Of a stretch of DNA of 64,000 bases, positions 40,283 to 51,218 are shown one piece after another; the first letter of the stretch is position 1; each line of letters starts with the position of its first letter. The position numbers and the translations under genes are program-made. The DNA is taken from positions 44,392-108,391 of the forward strand of contig CAWKAR010000052.1 in assembly GCA_963847625.1 (NCBI GenBank). Direction: 5' to 3'. Origin of the DNA: a candidate division FCPU426 bacterium (GTDB taxonomy: Bacteria > Oederibacteriota > Muellerivitia > Muellerivitales > Muellerivitaceae). The notes below the pieces were generated by a model. It saw only the letters and a program-made list of their open reading frames with translations, ran no database searches and was not told the origin of the DNA.

Positions 40283-41464
40283 TTGTCCGGAATTTTCCAT
40301 GCTCGGGAGAAAGAATTGATCATTGGAATCGATGGAACCAGTCTCCAGGGGGAACGCTCGGGCGCGGGATGGTACTTGACATACCTTCTGGAAGCCCTGT
40401 CCCACGTCTTGGAAGAGGATAAGTTATACGTATGGATGAATAATCCGACGGTCGAGGATCGGGCCCGGGTGTCGGAAAACAGGTTTGTCGCTCTGAGCGT
40501 CACCCATTATCCCTGGGCCGCCTTGAAACTGACTTGGAGTACGTTAAATACTCCACACATCGATAACTTAATTGGTCGGTCTGCTGATCTGTATTTTTTC
40601 CCTAATTTTTATCTATCCATCCCTCAAAAGCAGGGTAAAAAAGTCGTCTATATCCATGATTTAACCCACCTCACCCATCCCGAGATGGTGACCGGGGCGA
40701 ACTTGAAAAACACGGTAACAAACCTGGAAAAAGAGGCGGAAAAGGCCGATCTCCTGTTGACCGGCACGGAATACAACCGCCAGGAAATGTTAAGGATTTT
40801 CCGGCATTTAAACGAATCCAAAATCCGGGTGATTCCCTTCGGCGTGCCCGAGCCTTTCCAGGGGCCCGCCCCCGCAGAGAAGGTCCGTGAGGTGCAGGAG
40901 CGTTATCGGTTGGCCCGGCCTTATTTCCTCTACGCTGGAACCCTGGAACCCCGGCAGAACCTCCTCAGGCTGGTCCACGCTTTCCTGCTTTTCAAGCAAA
41001 GGTTTCAAAGCGACCATGAGTTGATATTGGCGGGGCCTAAAGGCGGGATAGGCGAGGATTTCATCCACTTTATTCTTTCCCCGCAAATGGAGGGAAAGGT
41101 GCGGTGGCTGGAAAATTTCCCTTCCATTGAATTGCCAGCCCTCCTAACCGGGGCTTCCGCCTTTCTTTTTCCCTCCTTGAGGGAAGGTTTCGGGATGCCG
41201 TTGCTGGAAGCCATGGGATGCGGAACCCCCATTCTTTGTTCCACGACTTCCGTCATGCCGGAAATAGTGGGAGACGCTGCTTGGCTGACTGGGCCAGGTG
41301 ACGTGGACAAATGGGCGAAGGCCATGGAAAGGATTTCGGCCGAGCCCGCTTTTACTGCGGTTTTGAGGGAAAAAGCGAAAACGAGAATTTCTCTGTTCCG
41401 GATGGACAATACCGCGAAACAGACCTTGGCGGTCTGGAAGATGGTACAACAATCCCACTTTTGA
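40283..41464 (+). CDS. GT4 glycosyltransferase (MtfB-like)
   Basis: SGAGWY, IHDL, GTLEPRQN, PSLREGFGMPLLEAMGCG. Confidence 0.9.
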   Translation: MSGIFHAREKELIIGIDGTSLQGERSGAGWYLTYLLEALSHVLEEDKLYVWMNNPTVEDRARVSENRFVALSVTHYPWAALKLTWSTLNTPHIDNLIGRSADLYFFPNFYLSIPQKQGKKVVYIHDLTHLTHPEMVTGANLKNTVTNLEKEAEKADLLLTGTEYNRQEMLRIFRHLNESKIRVIPFGVPEPFQGPAPAEKVREVQERYRLARPYFLYAGTLEPRQNLLRLVHAFLLFKQRFQSDHELILAGPKGGIGEDFIHFILSPQMEGKVRWLENFPSIELPALLTGASAFLFPSLREGFGMPLLEAMGCGTPILCSTTSVMPEIVGDAAWLTGPGDVDKWAKAMERISAEPAFTAVLREKAKTRISLFRMDNTAKQTLAVWKMVQQSHF

Positions 41465-41528
41465 GTTTTTCCTTTAAAACGAAACGAAGACTAGCGCTCC
41501 TCTCACAAAAATCGATCGAAAGGCCCGG

Positions 41529-42794
41529 ATGATCCAGAAGTCCATAAAACCTATCCCGAAGGCGATGGATCACGAAAAGTTCAATGTCGTAATCAGACCC
41601 TTCTCCCAGGAAAAAATGGATCCCATCGAAATTCCCAATCTTGACGGAGAATCGAAGCAAAACCTTGGTACCTTATCCCCCAAATCCTCCATGATTTTGG
41701 GGGAGTTTGTTTCCCGTCTGCGGGAAAAAAATGAGGTTCTGGCCAAATTTCCCGAGAATCCAAAGGCTTCAGTGGTAGTGGTCAATTACAACGGCGTGGA
41801 TTTTCTTTGGAGCTGTCTTTTTTCATTGAAAACCCAAACCTATCCCCCCTTCGAGACGATTCTCGTGGACAACCATTCCACCGATGCCAGCTTATCTTTC
41901 GTCCGATCCAATTACCCGCAAGTGAGAATTCTGGAATGCCAGGAAAATTTCGGTTTCGTCTTGGCCGCCAATCTTGGCGCCAAATGTTCCAAGGGCGACC
42001 TGGTGGTGGTTTTAAACAACGACGCCATGCTTACACCAGAATGGATGGCCAAGGCCGTGGAAAGCGCGAGGAACCGGTGGCCGGTGGGAGGGGCGGTGGC
42101 CTCAGAGGTAAAGTCCCGGCAAGCTATCGACGGGTCTATCCCCCCTGCCGAGGAGTTCAAAACCTTGAATTTCCTGGGCAAGCCGATTGAGGGATTTTTC
42201 AGCGATAGTAAGATCTTTTTTCACCCGAACGGCTGCGCTTTGGCTTACGTGCGCCGGCTTTTACCCGAGGGGCCGTTTGACCCCGATTATTTCATTTACC
42301 AGGAGGATGTTTTTTTGGGTTGGAAATTGCGCCTGGGAGGTTATAGGGTTTTCCAGGCGGAGGGCGCCAGGGTTTTCCACGAGGAAGGCGGAACCATGTC
42401 CCGCTACCCAGGATGGAAAAGCGATTATTATAAAATCCGGAACCGTTGGTTGAACCTCCTATTGCTTTATGAATCCGGCACCCTCCGGAAGATTTCCCCC
42501 TGGTTGGCCTTGGATTTCGGGGTCCAGTTGTTAAGGGGACTTTTTCTTTCCCCTCAATGGCTTTTCTCGACCCTGGTTGGGATCCTCTGGATCTTGACCC
42601 ATTTGGGGTTGATAAAACGTAAGAGGCGGGTCCTTCAGGAACGGCGCAAGGTTACGGACGAGGAAATTCTCGCCTTTATGAGCGGCCGAATGGCCAGGGA
42701 CCGGGGTTTTACCTCAAGAATGATCAATCTGTTTTCCCTTGCCTATTGCCGTTTGGTGAAACTCAAGGTATTGGAAACCCAAGAAATCGTTTAA
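41529..42794 (+). CDS. GT2 glycosyltransferase (rhamnosyltransferase-like); true start may be downstream
   Basis: SVVVVNYNG, VDNHSTD, LNND, YFIYQEDV, RNRW. Confidence 0.88.
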   Translation: MIQKSIKPIPKAMDHEKFNVVIRPFSQEKMDPIEIPNLDGESKQNLGTLSPKSSMILGEFVSRLREKNEVLAKFPENPKASVVVVNYNGVDFLWSCLFSLKTQTYPPFETILVDNHSTDASLSFVRSNYPQVRILECQENFGFVLAANLGAKCSKGDLVVVLNNDAMLTPEWMAKAVESARNRWPVGGAVASEVKSRQAIDGSIPPAEEFKTLNFLGKPIEGFFSDSKIFFHPNGCALAYVRRLLPEGPFDPDYFIYQEDVFLGWKLRLGGYRVFQAEGARVFHEEGGTMSRYPGWKSDYYKIRNRWLNLLLLYESGTLRKISPWLALDFGVQLLRGLFLSPQWLFSTLVGILWILTHLGLIKRKRRVLQERRKVTDEEILAFMSGRMARDRGFTSRMINLFSLAYCRLVKLKVLETQEIV

Positions 42795-42894
42795 GAACAG
42801 GTTTTCTGAATATATAACTTTAAAACCCCATCCCTTTCGGGGTAAACTCGGAGCTTTTCCGGGGATAACAACCAAAAATCGGAGGTTTTTAGCC

Positions 42895-43233
42895 TTGACC
42901 AAGGGATTGAAAAGGAATTCCGCCTCAATTAATGACCCCCAACGGTGCGCGATTTGTGCGACTACATTAACCTTATACCCGAAGGATTTTTTGCCCTGTC
43001 CCCATTGCCACAAAAGTATTTGCCGCCAATGTTGGGGAGAAACCTGGGAAAAAAAGACCTTTGCGGGCGATGCTTGCGCCCACCTGTCCCAAAACGACGG
43101 ATTGACCGTATCCAACATCGAGCAAAACCAGAAGTCCCTGGATTGGGATTGGTATAAACTCGCCCTCGCGGCGGGTTTGGTGATCCTGGCCGGGGCCATT
43201 GTGCTTTTCCTTTTAAACCTCTTCGCTTTTTAA
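42895..43233 (+). CDS. small Cys-rich Zn-finger protein with C-terminal membrane anchor
   Basis: GGAGG RBS before TTG; CAIC-x13-CPHC-x4-CRQC-x14-CAH; C-terminal hydrophobic helix. Confidence 0.75.
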   Translation: MTKGLKRNSASINDPQRCAICATTLTLYPKDFLPCPHCHKSICRQCWGETWEKKTFAGDACAHLSQNDGLTVSNIEQNQKSLDWDWYKLALAAGLVILAGAIVLFLLNLFAF

Positions 43234-43294
43234 TCCCCGGCGCCTTACTCGACGCCAGAGCGCTTGAAGACCGTTCTATTTTCAGGGGGGGCCG

Positions 43295-44392
43295 TTGAAA
43301 ATCGCCATCGTCCATGATTGGATGACCGGAATGAGAGGCGGGGAAAAGGTTCTTCTTTGCTTCCTCGAGCTGTTTCAGGACGCGGACCTTTACACCCTGG
43401 TTTTCGTTCCGTCGAAAATGGACCCAGCTTTCCAAAAGCGGCGAATCACCACTTCCAGGCTTCAGAACCTTCCTTTCGGCAAAAGCCGATACCAATACTA
43501 TCTCCCGCTTTATTGGGGCCTCATGGGGGGATTCGACCTTTCCGGGTATGACCTGATTGTTTCCTCCAGTTCCGCCTGCGCCAAGTGGGTGAGAAACCCC
43601 AGGCAAGTTCCTCATTTTTGTTATTGCCACACGCCCATGCGTTATATCTGGGACCTGTTTGCGGATTATTTTGGGCCTTTATCCCCTTGGCCCATTCGTA
43701 CCGCGGCCAGGTTTTTCCGCCCTTACCTTCAGGCCCGGGATTTGGAATCCAACAAAGGGGTAACCCAATTCCTGGCCAATTCCACAGAAACGCAGGGACG
43801 AATTAAGCGGATTTACGGCCGTGAATCCGAAATTCTCCATCCGCCCGTGGATTTTGACCGTTTTCAGGCCAGGTCCGGGAAAGGGAATTATTTCCTCGTT
43901 CTTTCCGCCTTGGTGCCCTATAAAAAGATCGAATTGGCTGTCCGAGTATGTTCCAAGCGGGGCTGGCCCTTGCGGGTCGTAGGAAAGGGAAGCGAGGAAA
44001 AACGCTTGCGAGTCCTGGCCGGTCCCTCGGTCCAATTTGAGGGTTGGGCATCTTCGGATAAAGTTCCGGAGCTTTACGCCGGGGCCAGAGCCCTTTTGTT
44101 TCCGGGCCGTGAGGATTTCGGGATCGTTCCCCTGGAGGCCCTGGCGTCTGGTTGCCCAGTGGTGGCTTATGGCGAAGGAGGGGTGAAAGACACTCTCGAA
44201 GACGGGGTAACCGGCGTTCTTTTTCACGAACAAACAGAAGACGCGCTGGAAGCCGCCATGGAGAAGTTTCAAAACCTTTCCTTCGATCCCCAGGCGCTAA
44301 GAGAAAAAGCCAAGCCCTTTTCGAAGGAAAGGTTTATGGAGAATACTAAGTCGTTTTTCCGCGGGACGATTACCTTGAAAAACGAAATTTGA
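43295..44392 (+). CDS. GT4 glycosyltransferase (WbaZ-like mannosyltransferase)
   Basis: VHDWMTGMRGGEKVL, YCHTPMRYIWD, LVPYKKI, EDFGIVPLEA. Confidence 0.92.
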   Translation: MKIAIVHDWMTGMRGGEKVLLCFLELFQDADLYTLVFVPSKMDPAFQKRRITTSRLQNLPFGKSRYQYYLPLYWGLMGGFDLSGYDLIVSSSSACAKWVRNPRQVPHFCYCHTPMRYIWDLFADYFGPLSPWPIRTAARFFRPYLQARDLESNKGVTQFLANSTETQGRIKRIYGRESEILHPPVDFDRFQARSGKGNYFLVLSALVPYKKIELAVRVCSKRGWPLRVVGKGSEEKRLRVLAGPSVQFEGWASSDKVPELYAGARALLFPGREDFGIVPLEALASGCPVVAYGEGGVKDTLEDGVTGVLFHEQTEDALEAAMEKFQNLSFDPQALREKAKPFSKERFMENTKSFFRGTITLKNEI

Positions 44393-44565
44393 AAGTTTTC
44401 AGTTGGCAGTTCGCAGATAAAGATAACAAGACTACAATAAGCGATATTTGGTTTTAAACTGTATGGGATTAAAGATAAATAGTGTAGGCGGAAATCTTAT
44501 CTGATCTTGAAAAATTATTGGTTTAGCAAAAATCGATAAATCTTGGGCTTTAATTCGGGGGGAAA

Positions 44566-45954
44566 ATGAAGTTCCGCATTCCATCCATCTTTTCAGTCCT
44601 TAGCTTCCTCTTGGACGGTGCCCTCGTGGCTTGTTCTTTTATCTTGGCCAACTGGGTCCGGTTTTTCTCGGGTTGGCTTAAGGTGGGAAACGTTACTTCC
44701 TACCCGCATTACCGTTCTTTCATCCTATTCGTGGTCGTGGTTCATTGGATTGTATTCAAATATGTTGGGCTTTATCGTAAGCGGCGAGGCATTTCGGGAG
44801 TGGATGAGTTTTCCAAGATCCTTCAAGGCACCTTGACGGCCTTTATCCTGATCGCGGCCGCGACCTTTTTGAGCAAGTTTTTCGCTTTCTCCCGCCTCGT
44901 GATTGGTTTTTCTGCCGCCTTCATTACCCTGGCTGTTTGGTTAGAAAGGGGGGCTATCAGGCGGACCCAAGTCCTTTTGCGCCGCCGCGGCATCGGGGTC
45001 ACCCGCGTTTTGATTGTGGGCACCGGGGAAACCGCCCATGTCTTGCTCCAAAGGCTGAGGCAAAATCCTGGTTTAGGATACCGGATGGCGGGGGTTGTTT
45101 CGGAAAGAAAAACATCAGGGCAGGTTGAGGGTTTTAAGGTGGTGGGAAACCTTGCCCGTTTTCATCAGGTAATCCAAAAACTTCATCCCGAAGAAATAAT
45201 TTTCGCGTTACCTGCTAAAAACCACGGCGAGCTGGTTCCCCTGTTGGTGTCGCTCCAAGATACAAATTTGAGATACAAAATAGTCTCCGACCTATTCGGT
45301 TTGATTACCAACCCTCTGGAAAGCGATGTGCTTCTGGACATGCCGGTTTTTGAGATGAAAGAAGCGCCATTGAATGTTTGGCATAACCGTGTTGTGAAAC
45401 GGTTGTTTGATTTCATGTTATCCCTGGTTGGATTAACATTTTTTTCCCCCGTCCTAGTTTTATTGACATTGGGCGTAAAAATCTCCTCACCCGGCCCTGC
45501 TTTTTTCGGCCAAAAAAGAGTCGGCCGGGATGGAAAGGTTTTTCATATCTTGAAGTTCAGGTCAATGAAAGTCGGTTCCGAAACTGTGGCTTTTACTGCA
45601 AAAGACGATCCGCGTGTGACTCCATTTGGGATATTTATGCGCAAAACCAGCCTGGATGAACTACCCCAGCTATTCAATGTTCTGGTCGGGGATATGAGTT
45701 TGGTGGGCCCCAGGCCCGAAGTGCCGGGATTGGTTGAGAAATTCGAGAAGGAAATACCCCGTTATTTCGAGCGGCACCAGGTTAAATCGGGAATTACTGG
45801 GTGGGCGCAGGTGAACGGCTTGCGGGGAAATACCTCCTTGCACGAGAGAGTGAAATACGACATTTATTACATTGAGAATTGGAACCTCTGGTTCGACATC
45901 AAGATTATCCTTCGCACGGTGTTGGATATCTTTGAACATGAGCATGCTTATTAA
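44566..45954 (+). CDS. undecaprenyl-phosphate glucose phosphotransferase (WcaJ family, initiating transferase)
   Basis: N-terminal TM helices, [45 protein letters not shown]. Confidence 0.93.
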   Translation: MKFRIPSIFSVLSFLLDGALVACSFILANWVRFFSGWLKVGNVTSYPHYRSFILFVVVVHWIVFKYVGLYRKRRGISGVDEFSKILQGTLTAFILIAAATFLSKFFAFSRLVIGFSAAFITLAVWLERGAIRRTQVLLRRRGIGVTRVLIVGTGETAHVLLQRLRQNPGLGYRMAGVVSERKTSGQVEGFKVVGNLARFHQVIQKLHPEEIIFALPAKNHGELVPLLVSLQDTNLRYKIVSDLFGLITNPLESDVLLDMPVFEMKEAPLNVWHNRVVKRLFDFMLSLVGLTFFSPVLVLLTLGVKISSPGPAFFGQKRVGRDGKVFHILKFRSMKVGSETVAFTAKDDPRVTPFGIFMRKTSLDELPQLFNVLVGDMSLVGPRPEVPGLVEKFEKEIPRYFERHQVKSGITGWAQVNGLRGNTSLHERVKYDIYYIENWNLWFDIKIILRTVLDIFEHEHAY

Positions 45955-46015
45955 AAGGTTACAATTAACGTTGGGAGCTTTATAAGTTCGAGTCCAAAGC
46001 GGGGTGCCATAAACT

Positions 46016-46930
46016 ATGAAAATTTTAGTAACCGGTGGAGCAGGGTTCATCGGAAGCCATGTGGTGGATGCCTATATTCAGGCAGGTCACCAAGTGGTGG
46101 TAGTGGATGACCTATCCACTGGCCGAAAGGAAAACCTCAATCCCAAGGCCAAATTCCACAAAATGTCCATCCTGGATGAAAAGCTTCAACAACTCATGCA
46201 GGACGAGAAGATTGAGGTGGTCAACCACCACGCTGCCCAAATAAAGGTCAAAGCGTCCATGGAAGACCCCTATTTCGACGTGAAAATAAACGTGCTGGGA
46301 TCTGTTCTTCTGATGGACCTCAGCCGCAGGGCTGGTGTACGCAAGATGATCTTTGCCTCCTCGGGCGGGGCCATGTACGGGGAAGCCAAGAAAGGAGCCT
46401 TCACGGAAGACACAAAGCCAAGACCCTTTTCGGTGTACGGGGCCAGTAAAACGTCGGTTGAACTTTACCTGGATGTCTTCGCTCAGAACTTCGGTTTAGA
46501 ATACGTAACCCTCCGTTACGCCAACGTTTATGGACCGCGGCAGGATGCATTGGGAGAGGGAGGGGTGGTGGCCATCTTCACCCACAACATGATTCATGGC
46601 GGGGACTTTCAAATTTTTGGGGACGGTTATAACATTCGGGACTACGTTTATGTGAAAGACTTGGCCAGGGCCAATCTTCTGGCGTTGGATTATCCCAAGA
46701 TCGACGCTTTCAACATCGGGACGGGCGTGGAAACCACCACCAATGGACTATTTGAAATGTTGGCTAAAACGACGGGGTACACGAAACCCGCCAAGCATAC
46801 CGTGGCTCGGCTTGGGGACTTGAAGAAGAGTGTATTGGATCCCTCGCGGGCAAAAAAATTCCTGAAATGGGAACCGCAATATAATTTGAAAAAGGGTTTG
46901 GAAGAAACGGCCGAATATTACAAAAAATAG
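46016..46930 (+). CDS. NAD-dependent epimerase (UDP-glucose 4-epimerase-like)
   Basis: TGGAGFIGSH, YGASK, RYANVYGPRQ, RDYVYV. Confidence 0.92.
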   Translation: MKILVTGGAGFIGSHVVDAYIQAGHQVVVVDDLSTGRKENLNPKAKFHKMSILDEKLQQLMQDEKIEVVNHHAAQIKVKASMEDPYFDVKINVLGSVLLMDLSRRAGVRKMIFASSGGAMYGEAKKGAFTEDTKPRPFSVYGASKTSVELYLDVFAQNFGLEYVTLRYANVYGPRQDALGEGGVVAIFTHNMIHGGDFQIFGDGYNIRDYVYVKDLARANLLALDYPKIDAFNIGTGVETTTNGLFEMLAKTTGYTKPAKHTVARLGDLKKSVLDPSRAKKFLKWEPQYNLKKGLEETAEYYKK

Positions 46931-46988
46931 TTAGAAAATAGGGATTAGTTGTTGATGATAAAAACTCTTAACTTTTCATGAGGTTTAC

Positions 46989-48029
46989 ATGAAAGCTGTC
47001 ATTATTGTCGGAGGGCAGGGAACCCGCATGCGGCCCCTGACCGACCATCTTCCCAAGAACATCGCGCCCCTTTGCGGCGTGCCTTTTTTGACCTATCCGA
47101 TCGAATTTTTAAAAAAGGCCGGGATTTCCGACATCGTTTTTTCCATTGGTTACCGCTCTGACGATATCCAACGCACTTACCGGGATGGAAAGCGCCTGGG
47201 GGTTCGGATCCGTTACGCCTTGGAGGATACCCCTTTGGGGACAGCCGGGGCGGTCAAGAACGCGGAAAAATTCGTCAAGGGATCCCCTGTGGTGGTGATG
47301 AACGGCGACATCTTGACGGATATTCCCTTGAAAAAAATGATCGCGTTCCACCGCATGGCAAAAAACATCGCTTCCATAGGGTTGGTCCGGGTTCCTGATC
47401 CCACGCCTTATGGATTGGTTTTAATTGATAAAAAAGGACGTATCTTTAAGTTCATTGAAAAGCCTTCCAAGGAGGAAGCAGTAACCAACACCATTAATTC
47501 GGGCATCTATATTTTTGAACCGGAAGTTTTCAGCTTTATTCCGGATGGTATCCCTTATTCCTCGGAACACGCTCTCTTTCCGGGACTTTTGGAGGCGAAA
47601 AAATCCTTTGGCGGGTACGTGTGGAACGGCTATTGGCAGGACATCGGAACACCCAGGAAATACCTGACCACCCATTGGGATGTTTTGAAAGGGACTTTTC
47701 CTGTTTTCGCGAAATTGAAGCGTAAACCCGGCAAGTTATATGTCGGAAAAAAGGTAAAAATCGGGAAAAATGTTACTTTAAAGGGCCCGGCTATCCTGGA
47801 GGATGGATGTGTTCTTCAAGACAAGGCAAAGGTCCTTCCTTATGCCGTTTTGGGTAAGAATTGCGTGATAGGCGAAGGAAGCTCGATTGAAAAAAGCGTG
47901 TTTTGGGACGGGGTGCAAATAGGGAATCAAGTTCAACTTAAAGAAGTGGTTTTGGGCCGTCGCTGTAAGATCCATGATGGCGCCGAGGTTCCCTTAGATC
48001 TCGTATTAGGGGATGACGCGCAAGTGTAA
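46989..48029 (+). CDS. NDP-sugar synthase (mannose-1-phosphate guanylyltransferase-like) with LbH tail
   Basis: GGQGTRMRPLT..PK, PLGTAGA, NGD, FIEKP, YWQDIGTP. Confidence 0.9.
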   Translation: MKAVIIVGGQGTRMRPLTDHLPKNIAPLCGVPFLTYPIEFLKKAGISDIVFSIGYRSDDIQRTYRDGKRLGVRIRYALEDTPLGTAGAVKNAEKFVKGSPVVVMNGDILTDIPLKKMIAFHRMAKNIASIGLVRVPDPTPYGLVLIDKKGRIFKFIEKPSKEEAVTNTINSGIYIFEPEVFSFIPDGIPYSSEHALFPGLLEAKKSFGGYVWNGYWQDIGTPRKYLTTHWDVLKGTFPVFAKLKRKPGKLYVGKKVKIGKNVTLKGPAILEDGCVLQDKAKVLPYAVLGKNCVIGEGSSIEKSVFWDGVQIGNQVQLKEVVLGRRCKIHDGAEVPLDLVLGDDAQV

Positions 48030-48103
48030 TGTGGATTCAAGTAGGTGAGTGGAGCAATAAAGTCAGACTGCCGGTTTAAATTCCATCTTTAAAAAAGGTC
48101 ATC

Positions 48104-49723
48104 ATGAAATACTTTTTCCTACTCGTATTATTTCCGGTCTCCAACCTCTGGGCAACACCCCAGGGAAAAGCATTTGATCTTTATCCACCCGCTAACGACG
48201 CGACTCCCGTGGTCTATTCCAAGACCGCAAAACCTTTCCAGTCTGATGGAAAAAACTGGAAATTCGCCTACGGGACACCGGTCACTATCACGATTGACGC
48301 GGGCCAAACGCTCCGATCCGTGACCCCCTACCAATTCGGAAACAACGTGGCTTGGTGGGATTCCCGGACCTGGTTCCTCGATCCGGATCGTATTGAAAAG
48401 GCCAAACAGGCCGGCATCAAGTTCTGGCGTTGGCCCGGCGGAAGCTCCGCTGACATCTACCACTGGGACGGGGATTACCAGAGGGGCCCCAAGGACTCGA
48501 AGGACAATCTCTCCAATATGAACGCGGCCTGGGCCGTATCAACCGACAATTTCATCGATTTCTGCCGCCAAACGGGTTCGGAAGCCATCGTGACGATCAA
48601 TTACGGAGCAGCGCGATATGAAAGCGTCCAATTCGCCGCCGACATGGCGGCCCGGTGGGTCAAGTACTTCAATCTCGAGAAAAAGTTCAAGGTCCGCTAT
48701 TGGGAGATCGGAAACGAGAATTATGGTCCATGGGAGGAAGGAAACAAAATTGAGGGCAAAGCCCAATTGACGGGTGAGGATTATGGAAAGGATTTCCCGG
48801 TCATCGCGGACGCCATGCGTAAGGTGGACCCGGATCTATTTATCGGGGCGGTGGCCGTGGACATGGACAGCGGGGACGATTGGAGTGGTTATCACTGGTG
48901 GATGAAAGGCCTCCTACCCGAGCTCCAGGGAAAGGCGGACTACTTGATCCTCCACCAGTATTTCATGTGGCCCTTCTCCGGTGACACTTATACCAACCCC
49001 AGCGACGAAGTCCTATTAGGCAACCTACATAAACTGGCGGACGCTAAAAGCGCGACCGACCAGATGGTCGAAAAGTACGCCGAAAAGGAGAAGGGCATCC
49101 CGATCGCCTTGACGGAATTCAACATCAGCAATGGTAACGATTCGGGCGTTCCACCCCAAACGATCGAGTTAATCAACGGCTTGTTTATCTCGGAAGTGCT
49201 GGGGGAAAGCCTGAAAAGCGGATATGTCGCCTCCAACTATTGGGATTGGAAAAACGGATTAGGCAAGACTCTCAAAGGCGATCATGCCCTTTTGGCGTCG
49301 GGCGACCCGTCGACGACGGATGGGACTCCCCGACCCTCCTACTACTCCTACGCCCTCTTTTCCCGGGCCTTCGGCGACAGGCTGATGCCAGCCGATAGCT
49401 CCGACTCAACGCTGAGGGTTTATGCCAGCCGTTTTTCAAGCGGTGAACTGGGTTTGGTTTTCGTAAATGAAAGTGACAAGAATAAAACAGCGGTTTTTTC
49501 CCTGAAAAGCTTTATTCCCAAAGGAAAGCTCATGGGTTGGGTTTTAACGGGGAAGAGTTTGGATGAAACCCAGGTTTCATGGAATGGGGTGGAGGGCCCC
49601 CTCGGCGGAGGAGGGCCTTTTCCAATTGATTATATTCCACCTTATCGGGTGTCATTCAAGACGGACAAGCCTTTGCAATTGGCTATCCAGGCCCGGTCGG
49701 TGACCGGGGTGATTTTGTATTAA
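48104..49723 (+). CDS. secreted clan GH-A glycoside hydrolase (arabinofuranosidase/GH44/GH79-like)
   Basis: Signal peptide, RWPGGSSADIYHW, YWEIGNE (acid/base), LTEFN (nucleophile). Confidence 0.8.
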   Translation: MKYFFLLVLFPVSNLWATPQGKAFDLYPPANDATPVVYSKTAKPFQSDGKNWKFAYGTPVTITIDAGQTLRSVTPYQFGNNVAWWDSRTWFLDPDRIEKAKQAGIKFWRWPGGSSADIYHWDGDYQRGPKDSKDNLSNMNAAWAVSTDNFIDFCRQTGSEAIVTINYGAARYESVQFAADMAARWVKYFNLEKKFKVRYWEIGNENYGPWEEGNKIEGKAQLTGEDYGKDFPVIADAMRKVDPDLFIGAVAVDMDSGDDWSGYHWWMKGLLPELQGKADYLILHQYFMWPFSGDTYTNPSDEVLLGNLHKLADAKSATDQMVEKYAEKEKGIPIALTEFNISNGNDSGVPPQTIELINGLFISEVLGESLKSGYVASNYWDWKNGLGKTLKGDHALLASGDPSTTDGTPRPSYYSYALFSRAFGDRLMPADSSDSTLRVYASRFSSGELGLVFVNESDKNKTAVFSLKSFIPKGKLMGWVLTGKSLDETQVSWNGVEGPLGGGGPFPIDYIPPYRVSFKTDKPLQLAIQARSVTGVILY

Positions 49724-49849
49724 AACATCGGGGCCAGGCCGAAAAAGCCGGCAGAGAAAGCCTGAAACCGGTGAATAAAAGGGATTTTGATAAAACTAAA
49801 TCCCCATGCGCCTTAAAACCTTTTGGCCGTTGAGGGAAACTTTTGGACA

Positions 49850-49878
49850 TTGACGGGTTCTGCACCCTCCCTTAAAAT
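49850..49878 (+). promoter_or_regulatory. sigma70-type promoter
   Basis: TTGACG - 17 bp - TAAAAT, about 50 bp upstream of the TPR gene. Confidence 0.65.
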
Positions 49879-49928
49879 CGGTTCTCCAAATGTTTAAGCC
49901 GCCTCTTGAAAACCTCAAAGGAGCGAGA

Positions 49929-51218
49929 ATGCCCTTTCCACCAAGTAAAAGATCAATGATTACCCCCCGTTTTGCCCTGTTGGTCTTGGGTTTAATCTTT
50001 CTATCATCGATTGCCCGGGCTGCCCTCGACAGCCAGTATTATACCGACAAAGGGAATGTTTACTTAAAAGAGGGAAAAACAGAGATTGCCATTAAATATT
50101 TCCGGGACGCGGTGGAGCGTGATCCCTACAACGTGGAAGCCCGGAACAACCTGGGCAAACTTTACGCCAAGAAAAACATGATGGACGAGGCCCTTGAACA
50201 GTTTGACAAAGCCCTCCAAGTTCAACCCAATTATGTCGTCGCCATTTCCAATAAGGCCTTTGTTTACCTCCAGCGCCGGGATTATCCGGACGCAGTCAAG
50301 TATTCCCAGAAGGCTTTGGCGATCGACCCTGGATTCGGGTCCGCCCATTACAACCTGGGGATGACATATTTTTCCCTGAAACAATATTCCGCCGCCATTC
50401 CGGAGCTCAAAAAAGCTGTTGATGCCTTTCCCGACAACTCCGAGGTCTACGAAAGGTTGGGGGACGCTTACGAGGCCCAATCCCTCCATGAGGACGCAAT
50501 CGCCTATTACCGCCAATCCCTCAGGGCCAACCCCGTGAACACTTCCGTCCGTTCCAAGCTGGGTGATATGTACCTGGACCGGGGGGACGAGGCAAAAGCG
50601 GTAGAACAGTACAAAGCGACGGTTGACTTGAATAACACCAATATCCTCGCTCATTACCGCTTGGCCGACCATTATGCCGGGTTCCGCGATTGGGACAATG
50701 CACGCAAGGAATATTTGATTATCCTGGCGTTGGATGACAAGGAATCGGAAGCCCATAAGGAAGTGGCCAGAATTTACGAGCGGTACGAGGAAATGGGGCT
50801 GGCCCTTTATCATTGGCGGAAGTATTCCGCCTTGGTTCCCGGAGACAAAACCGTCCAATTGCACGTCATCCAACTCAGCAAACCCATGGTTTCCAAGAAA
50901 GAAGCGGAGAAATTGTCGGCCCAAGAAAAGATCCTGCTTCAACAAACCCCGGAAACCAATTCGCCCTCGGTTTTACCGGGTGCGGCGGCCACCGACAACA
51001 CGCAAACCGAAAATGCCCCTTCCGACCAGGCTTCCTCCGACGGTCTCCAACCCTTACCGGTTGAAAAAGGTAAATCTGCCGTGGTGACCAAAGTCCAACC
51101 CGCCCCTCCACCGGTAGGTTCTAGCGCTTTTTTAACCCCGACCCCTTCTGCCCAACTGATTCCGGTGGAGATCCTTCCACCCACCCCGACTCCGGAAATG
51201 GGAGTTCTCCCCCAATAA
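49929..51218 (+). CDS. exported TPR protein with Pro/Thr-rich disordered tail
   Basis: Signal peptide ending ARA-AL, about 8 TPR units (ARNNLGKLY, AHYNLGMTY), PTP-rich C-terminus. Confidence 0.88.
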   Translation: MPFPPSKRSMITPRFALLVLGLIFLSSIARAALDSQYYTDKGNVYLKEGKTEIAIKYFRDAVERDPYNVEARNNLGKLYAKKNMMDEALEQFDKALQVQPNYVVAISNKAFVYLQRRDYPDAVKYSQKALAIDPGFGSAHYNLGMTYFSLKQYSAAIPELKKAVDAFPDNSEVYERLGDAYEAQSLHEDAIAYYRQSLRANPVNTSVRSKLGDMYLDRGDEAKAVEQYKATVDLNNTNILAHYRLADHYAGFRDWDNARKEYLIILALDDKESEAHKEVARIYERYEEMGLALYHWRKYSALVPGDKTVQLHVIQLSKPMVSKKEAEKLSAQEKILLQQTPETNSPSVLPGAAATDNTQTENAPSDQASSDGLQPLPVEKGKSAVVTKVQPAPPPVGSSAFLTPTPSAQLIPVEILPPTPTPEMGVLPQ

